Positions 28,724 through 37,700 of a DNA stretch of 56,878 bases are shown piece by piece. The notes beneath the pieces were generated by a model. That model made no database searches and had not been told where the DNA came from. It was given only the letters and a program-made list of their open reading frames with translations. The DNA comes from Candidatus Omnitrophota bacterium (lineage in GTDB: Bacteria; Omnitrophota; Omnitrophia; Omnitrophales; Aquincolibacteriaceae): contig JBMONI010000020.1 of assembly GCA_049324575.1 (NCBI GenBank), positions 1-56,878 of the forward strand, read 5' to 3'. A program made the position numbers and the translations under genes. Each line of letters opens with the position of its first letter. Position 1 is the first letter of the stretch.

Positions 28724-31700
28724 GTGAAAAGAGCCGTCGCTTTATTTGCGTTGGTGACGTTTGTGGTGACGAACCACTGCGTGAGCCCTGCGTTCGGAGC
28801 CGGGGTCTGGACGGATGCTGCAAAACCCGCGATCCGGGACGCCATTCCGTCGGAGGCTCTTCGCACTCTGCGGATCCCCGATCATCTCGGCACCGTCGAA
28901 GAACATTTTGAAGGGACGAAAGGCAAGACCGTGCTCGTCATCCAGGATGCGCATTCGATCCCCGACGCCCAGCTGGCCATTCATCGCCTGATCGACCATT
29001 TCCGCCGCCAGTACGGTGTGCGCCTCGTTGCGGTCGAAGGGGCTTCCGCCAAACTCGACGCCGTGATTTTCCGCGCATTCCCGGACAAAAAACTCCTGAA
29101 GGACGTTTTCAAAAGTTATCATGAGAAAGGCGAGCTTGCCGGCGCCGCGGCAGCCGCCGTTTTTGGCGATCCGGGCGCCGATTATGTCGGCGTCGAACAA
29201 TGGGGGCTTTACGAGGAGGGGGTCAGCCTGTATCTGGCGGCGATGGAAAAACAGCCGGCCATTCTCGAAACGCTCCGCGCCGAGCAGGAGGCCCTCGATC
29301 GGAAAAAACAGGAGATCTATTCGGCCGAGCTTCTCGAGGTCGACCGCGCGCTGGAGGCCTTCGAGGAAGAGCACGCCGATATTCTCGGGACCCTGAAAAC
29401 GCTTGCGAAATATCGCGCGCCCGAGGCCGGTTCGGAGATCGCCGCCCTTTTGCGCGAGACCGGGCACCCCGTTTCCGATCTCGACCAGGCGAATATCGAA
29501 GTCCGGGAGCTTGGGGCGATCGTCTCGAAGCATTTGCGCGCTTTGCCGCCCGATGCCCTTTCGAAAGAGAAACTCAGGGCTTTCCACGAAAAAGAGCAGG
29601 CCTTCATGACCTCTGCCATCACGCCCCATGCCTTCGGACTTTTTCTGAAAGAGGTCGCCGAGGCCGAAGGGCTCAAAGTCGAGACCTCCGAGGCGCTTGC
29701 CTCGCTGATGGACGGACAGCAAAAACTCCGCGATATCAAAGGAACGCGCTTTTTCGAACGTTTTAACGATTACGCGGCTTCCGTCAAGGAAAAGCTCTTC
29801 GCCAGCGACGACGAGCGCGATCTCGACGCCCAGACCGACGAACTCGGCCTTTGGCGGCGCTTTGCGATGCTCGAACTCTCGAGCAAAGACTGGGAGCGGA
29901 TCAAGGAAGAATTAAGAATTAAAAATGAAGAATTGAAAATGCAGGATCGGGAAAAGACAAATCCTCTCCTTCGTTCTTCACTCTTAATTATTAATTTTAA
30001 ATTATTCGCTGCGCATATGGCCTTCTACATGAACGCCGAGGCCCGCGACGGCGAATTCATGAAGAACCTTTCGCGCGAGATCGGCGGGCGGCAGGCCAAG
30101 TCGGCCGTCTTCGTGGCGGGCGGTTTCCACGCCGAGGCGATGACGCGCCGTTTCCGCGAAGCGGGGATCTCCTATGTGCTCATCATGCCGAAGATCGGTC
30201 TTTTGCCCGAGAACCCCGCTTACCGCGACCATATGCGGGGGCTCGTTTCCTGGCGCGATTATTTCGAGGTCGAGAACAGCCGCATCGATCTCTATAAGGC
30301 GTTCGTGCGCGCGACAAGGGACAAGCTGCTGGGGCGGGAAGGACGCATGGCGAAGGACGAAGGGCGCGGCGCGTCCCTCGTCTCTCGGTCCTCTTCTTCA
30401 GGTCTCTCCGATCCGCGCCTTCTCAAAGATTGGCGCGACGGGATCATCCGTGAAATGGCCGGCCAGGGCGCGATCGAACGCTCCGGCGAGTACACAAAAT
30501 TCCTGGATGAGGTCGCGGGTCCGCAGCCGAAGGACCCCGAACTTGAAAAACGCCTTGCGCGCGTGGACGCTTTCGTCGAAGGCCTCAAACGCCTCGAGTC
30601 CGAGAACGCCATCACGCCCGACAATGTTTTGAAGCTATTTCAGCCTGCGACGGTTCAGGATCCGTGTGCCGTGGTTCCTTTTGCCCCAGGCAACAGTGTC
30701 CCGGGCGGGTGGGTAGTTCGGCCTTCCGGCTTGGCCGTCCCTCTTGAATATGCCGAGCCCACAGCCGTCAGTCCTCAGTTGCCAGATCAACCCGGGGCCG
30801 TAGCCCCAGTATCCGGTCCCCGCGCGGAAACGCGGATGACCCCATATAAGTATAATGTAACAGCTGCAATAAGGAGAGTTAATGCATCGCAACAAAAGGC
30901 TGCATCCAAAGACAGGAGTTATATTTTCAGCCGTTTTTTGACCCCCGTTTTTGGCGCGGTGATCGCATTGCTGCTCATCGATGCACTTACCGGAGGCGGT
31001 ATCGTCAATGTAGTGGTTGCTCTCTGGAAAAGTCTGCATCTTTTTGAAGCGCCGATCTTCCAGCCCGCAGCAGCGGCGGGTATTTTTGGTTTGTTTGGTA
31101 TCCCTGTTGGTTCCCGCGCGGAAATACGGAGTCCGTTCCTCGATTTTATCGGTCGGCAGAGCTTTTGGACGCTTTTGACCGTCGGATTGGTTTCGACGCC
31201 GACCATGTTTGCGGTTATTCAAATGAGTCTCGCGAGCGGAGCCGTGGTGGCTTTTCTTTCGGGGCTTTTGGGGGGAGGCGTTTTTGCGTCCGCGATCCTT
31301 TACCTGATGTATCTGGCGAATCTTTACCGTGGGAATCTGTCGGAATTTGCGGGCGGATTGATCCGCAACGCTTCCTTTCTCCGGCCGGTTGTCCAGATGG
31401 CGGAAGAACGTTTCGCCGAACGACTTCATGACGATGTCGCGGCGCATTTCACGGAATCTTATCTCATTGAGCCCGAGCGAATGCAGGATTTTATCCGGGG
31501 ATGGACACAAGCGAGTTTTCTTCGAGGGTTTTTCCTGTCCGAACAAAGCCCAATGATCTCGAATATTTCCGTAGATGCACAAAGTCCGGAGGGGCAACCG
31601 TCAACCCTCCGCATGAATTTCAGAAGCGGAAGGGAAATTCTCCTTAAGTGGACCGTCGACGGAGAACGCGCGAAAGTTGAGACTGTGATCCAGCCTCGCG

Positions 31701-34700
31701 GCCCAATTTCCCGCGCGGAAATGAGAAATGGGGCTGCGAAGGCCCTCGCCTTGGCAGGGACCGCAGGGATCCTGTATGTGGCTCTGATGATTGCACCGGA
31801 CCTGCGCGGAGTTCCGCTAGCGCCTGATTTGACCGTTCCCGCAATAACGGAACATATCAATTCGATCATCGGTCTTTTGGGGAACATGTTTCAAGGCCTG
31901 TTCCTGTGGGCGCGGGAGAATCCAGGGCAGGCTTTCGGAGGCGTTGTCGTGTTCGGAGCGCTTCGCCAGATTATTCGTTCATCTTCCCGCGCGGAGTCGA
32001 GGATGGTGCCGGCTGAAGCGGAAATACAGCCCGAAGGGCTGACGCGGCCTGTGATTCTTGGTCTCGTTACCTTGACGACGGTGGTTGTCTTTGGCGCGGT
32101 GTGGGCGGGATTCGCGGTCCTGACGGGTTTATTCGGCGCTTCAGTGGCGCAAGCCGTGATGTTGCCTTTGTTGGCGATCATCGTTGTCGGGGCGGGTTTT
32201 ATGTATGCCCGTCCCCAAGTCTTTACCGGGCTCAAAGGATTTGTCCAGGACTTGCGAACGGAGCAGCCTGATGATACGGAGGCTATTGCCCGGCTGACAG
32301 AACTGCAAGAGACCGCAACGGAGATCCTGAGAAGCCAAGAGACCCTAGCCGGAAAGACGGCATCTGCAAGAGAAAAAAGAAACGCCCGTGATAATCTCGA
32401 TTTTTTGATCCGGGGGCTTCCGGTATTTATTGCAGAAGCGAGGCTAGTTTCGGAATTTGTCGACGATGCCTCCTTGAGTGTTGATTTGGAGCAGCTAGCG
32501 GATAGTTTTGGGCAATTCATCGGGAATGCAGATCTTCGAAAAGAGCAGATCATTATATTGCCCAAGGATTTGAAGGAAGCTTTAGCCGAAATATCCGAGA
32601 AACTTCGAAATAGTATCGAAGCTTTGACCCGCTTGCCCGGGGGTGAGCAGGACCAGGTCGCAGCTGAGCCGCGAGACATTCCGATGTGGGCCGTCTTTAT
32701 GGCGGTGCTCGGGATTCATATTTTGGTCATCGGTTCTGCGCTGCTTTACCAATATTTGAGAAGTCCGAGCGGCGCTCAAGCGCTTGCCGATGTTTCTGCG
32801 GTTACGGCGCTTGCGGGCGCCATGCTGGCCTCTTACAGCCCCTTCGCGATCCCGCTCGGATTTCTCGCGGGCATCGTTTATCTCATCATGGGCACCCGCG
32901 ACCGCCGCGCTGGAATAACCGCTGATGGACAAGAAGGCCCTTCCCCGACAGCCGGCCGCGCCGAGAATCGGATGGTGGAAAACCAGGGGGGGGGTGCGCC
33001 ATCCATAGACATACTAGCTTTGAGACTATTAGCAAGATTTTCTCCAGAAGAATTGAAGACATTAGCGGCGGTATCCAAAATGAATCCCGAGGCTCTTGCG
33101 ATCATTGCCGCCAGTCCAATTTTCCGCCAGACATTAGAAGCCCTTGCCGCTCTTAATCCACTTGGGAAGCAAGAAGTCGAAATTTTGGGACCAGGGAGAC
33201 TCGATTTGACGTCAGGCGGTCGCGCGGAGATAAGAATGGCGATGGCTCGTCGGCAATTTCTGAAAGCCGCGGCGAGCTTTGCTATCGCGAGTTTCATGGG
33301 GGGATGTTCTCGTTTTTTCATCCAGTCCGAAAGACCTGACTATCCCTTCCATCGTTATGCTGGGCCGCTTGATCTCGATGCCATGGCGCGCGTTCCGCAG
33401 TTGGCCGGGGCGCTTTCGCGTGATGAAATAAAACGGTTGGGGACCGAGCCCTTTCCGGACCGTCATAAAGACCGCGAAGGACTGGGGAAGGTCAGTTCAT
33501 TGGATGAAGCAGAGTTTGCGAGAAAGATCTCGGCGATCGCGGCGATCCTGGATGAGAAAAACAGAAATGAATTCAGTCGGGAGGAACGTTTTAAAGCAGC
33601 GCGGCTTTTGTGGAGGATCTTTGAAGAGGATGATAAAGCCATGGGGACGGATGGAGAATATTTGGGAGGGCGGCCGCTCCAGGCGTTGCAAGCGGTCGTG
33701 ATCGCATTGACGAAGATGAGCCCCGAAGATCTGGAGCTGAAAGTGGTCGATTATCCTGTGAGACTTCATGCTCTCTATGACCGTGTCATGAATTTTTTGG
33801 CTCGCAAAGCCGATCGCGGTCGCCCCCGGTCGATCGACGATCCAAAGATCGAACCGCGCTATCACGGCATGGTTGGACAAGCCCATCTTGCGGATGTCCT
33901 TGCTGCGGCGATCGTTTATACGCATCCGGCATTTGAACGCCTGCGCTATTCCATATTGAACGGGGCGCATTCCATGAGAGAGGCTGCGGAAGCCAAGCTC
34001 AGGGCCTATAGCGGAGCTTCTCGAAATCCGAAAGTTATCCTCAATGAGGGGTTCATGCCTTGGAAAACGACCGATGATGCTGATGCGATTGCAGCTCAGG
34101 CGCTGGGGGAAGAACCTCAGCGTGCGGGCGTGGTATCAGACATGAGCGCGCTTGATGAGACCGATCAGGCGATCGCTGAATATTTCAAATACCAGCGAAA
34201 GAACAAAAAGCTTCTTTTGAGCAATGAACCGGCAGTCATAGAAAAATATTTTAATGCTGCCGGGATTCCGATCCGCGATCCGGGGGCGGTAACAGAACGA
34301 TTGAGGCAACTCTACAATCAGGCGTTGAAAGAGGTCAGTAACAATGGTCTCCAAAGATTTTCGTCATTAGAACTTTTAAATAAGATGGAAAGCTTATTGC
34401 TTACCCCCCGCGCGGAGTTGAGGAAGCGTGAGGGAACGCCAGCAACTGCGCGACAACCCCGGAGGGCGAGGGGACAGAAAGCCGCAGCTCCAAAACGAGC
34501 GGAGCGGAAAAAAAGAACATCCGTGGCCCCAATCACCGGATATCCTCAAATTACATTCTGGGGTGAAATAGAAGGGCCGGGAGTAGGAGTTCCTGCTGCC
34601 GTTCCATGGAAAAATGAAAAATTTCCAGAGCCTACACCGGGGCGAGAGCCGAGTTTGCCGCGAGAAGGGCCGAACTTTACCGCGGCGGTGACATTGGAAG

Positions 34701-37700
34701 TCGCGGGGGAGCCGGTCATTGTTTCCAGCGGGACCGAGATGGAAGAGCTTATTCGCGAGGAAGAATTCGTTCGGACTCCAGAACAGGCGAAAATCCAAGT
34801 GACGGCGCTTATTACGAGCATAAAGGAGAGATTTCCTGCGTTGGAGCAGACGAAGCTTGATGCGCTGCAAGAAGCTCTCGAAAAACGGCTGAAAACCTAT
34901 ATCCAGGAAGGGGATGAAACAAGTATTTTAAAAGCCGGGGCTTTGCTGGCGGCAGTGCGCATTCTTTTCGAACGCTATGAGGTCGTCCTTCCTGCGGAAG
35001 CAGTGACTTCTCCGAAGATGCAATTGATATCTCAGGGGAGGATCGAAGAGGCTCCTTTGAGCGATTCGAGCCGATGGTTCGAGAATGCGGGTGGTTGGCA
35101 GATCTCTGTCGATTCCGAAGACGCCCTGATTGCAGCTCCTGCAAGACCCGCTGAGCCTGAAGCTCCTGCTTCCGAAGAGCCGGCGGAAGCGATGTCCTCG
35201 ATCGAAGTCTTCAATGAAAATGGCGAATTTATGGGGATGGCTCCTCAAGAGGTGATCGATGCGGTCCTCGCGGAAGATTCCCGGGCCGGACAAATGTTTT
35301 CCCAGGGGGGATTCATTACCATTATCCAGGATCGGGGGACATGGGAAAATAAAGCGCAGGTGTTTGGATCGCGGGGAGTTGTTTTCATTATTCAGATGAA
35401 TGTTTCCTATGCGGCCTATGATGTTGATGGCCAAGCCCGGACTCAACTGACCGATGCGGAACGCAGTCTGGTCAGTGACGGATTGACGGCGGCTTTCGGC
35501 CAACAGGAAGAGATCCCACCGCTCGGTTTTGTCGAGCTTCGCCGAGGAAGTGTCCCGCCCGAAGAACGTCCTGATTCGCTGTTTGTTTTTGATGTGGTCA
35601 GCGAAGATGAGCAGCCTGTTTTTACGGGGATCGGTTACAAAACCAAGCTGGAGGATGTGACTCCGGACGGAACTGTGCGGCCTGCTGTTCCGCCGCCTTC
35701 AGCGGCTCCTTCTGCCGCGACACGTTCCACCCAGGTTGATTTCAAACTCGGCAGTATCAAGGAGTTTTCACTATTGACTGGCACGGATACCGTGGCAGTG
35801 CATATGGACACAGCAGGGACTCCGGGTGGGGCGATCATCGATATTCAGGGCCTTATCCGAGATGATCTGAATCCTCAGCGGGATATCGACAGGGGCATTC
35901 AGATCAATAATGTGGTTAAGCTAGGTGATTGGAAAGAAGATGAAGAAGGCCGATTGGCAGGGATCCGTATTGGAGAGGCAAGTCTTACGGATCTCGGAGA
36001 GTTCGCGCAGAGTAATGGTTTTGATCAGCCCATTCGGTCCTGGGAAAGAGTGATTCGGGTTGTGTCGCATGAAGCCCCTACGGAGGAAGGCGGACAGGTC
36101 ATCGAAAGAGCGAATATTGAGGCTGCGACACGGGCAGTTGTCGAGCTGGCCGCCAAAAATGGCGCGAAAAAGATCGTGATGCCACTTTTCGGGACAGGAA
36201 GCCGAGAAGCATCGGCCCGGGATGTCGCGAGCTGGATGCGCGCGGCTGTCGAGGCTTATATCCAGGAAACGGGATCTCCGATTGAAATAACGATCGTGAC
36301 TAACGATGAGGAAATCTTTGGCCAGATCAAAGACATGGCTTCCTCCCGCGCGGAGACGAGGGCGGATATCGGCGAGATGATTGAGCAGGTCAATAGGATC
36401 CTCGACTCAATTCCAATGCCGTCACCGAGAATGGAGGATCTTAGCGGCGTGCGGAATGTTTTCGCCCCCCAAAATACACGGGTGGGATGGCTTGAAATGG
36501 GAGCGATGCTCCGCGCTTTCGAAAAACACCTTGCCAACCGCGCCGGGGATAGGACACCCCTTACGAACGACGAGCTCGAAATCATTCGCTTTGTGTTGGA
36601 GAAGTTGCGCTTGTCGGAGAACAAAGGACGTCTTGAAGCGCTTCGACAAATGACGCCGGTTGTTGCGAAGAAATTGGAGAACATTGATCTGGATCAACTG
36701 GAAAACCAGGTTAACGCGCGACTCGGTCTTACAACGGCGGCGATTCCGGTTGCGAACGGTGCCTTGGCGGGAGCTTACGGTAACCTCTTCAAAACCGCTT
36801 ATGTCATGTTCGAGACACTTTATGCGAGCAATGTAGCCGGGGAAGTGCTGACGGCGCTTCAGGGCGATCTCGATCCTTACGCATTGATCGAGGCCATGTC
36901 GGCCCTTGCGATCGTTTTAGCGGCTGATCAGATCGAACAAAAAACCCCTGACATGGTTCTGGACATGCTTCAAGGGGCGCTCACTGCTGTCGAAGAGCGA
37001 CTTTCATCCTTCCGCGCGGAGTCGAGGATGGTGCCGGCTGAATTTGCTCGCGCAATAGCTTCACGCTCTCAAATAGGCGGACCGGTCCGGGGCGCAGAAA
37101 GAGAGGGGTTTGCTCTTGCGCAATTGAACGTAGCGAGAAACGCGATCCTTGAAGCATTAAAGAGGGTCCCAGGCGATTTTGAGGCAGAAGTGAGTTTGGG
37201 GAATGAACCGGCGGCTTGGATCACTTCGAGTGAACTGAGCACGCGGATCCAGAATAACCCGACAGGGACCGAGAATGAGCGGAATCAACTCAGGAGGCTT
37301 ATTGATGCTGCGAATGAACTTTTGAATTTACATGCAAAACAACCTGCGGCAAGGCCCCGCGCGGAACAGAGGCAAGCCGAGATGCCGAAGGTGGTGGTGG
37401 ATCTTGCCGGTGAAACGGCCCAGGTCATTTTGACGGGGAGCGATCCGGCCAGGGTGGCGGGGAGGATCCCGGAGATCCTCAGGATGCAGGGGCTCTCGGC
37501 CCAGGTATTCGGAACTATGGTCCGGAACCAGGCGGCGGTCGCGATCCAGCGGCTCGAAACGGTTGGTGTCGTGAGCCCCTACTTGGTGACGCCGGAAGTG
37601 GCGCGCGCCGTGGTCGATTTTGTGATCGAGAACTTCGTCGCCCGGATGAATTTGATCAGCGAGGAAGAGGGGAATTTCGTGATCGGACTCGATACGGAAG

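Noticed and set aside
30821-37372. RAExR repeats as a CRISPR array or integron attC array
   Set aside because: Repeats are short, in-frame and irregularly spaced (264-1938 nt); there are no cas or integrase genes and no attC-like hairpins.
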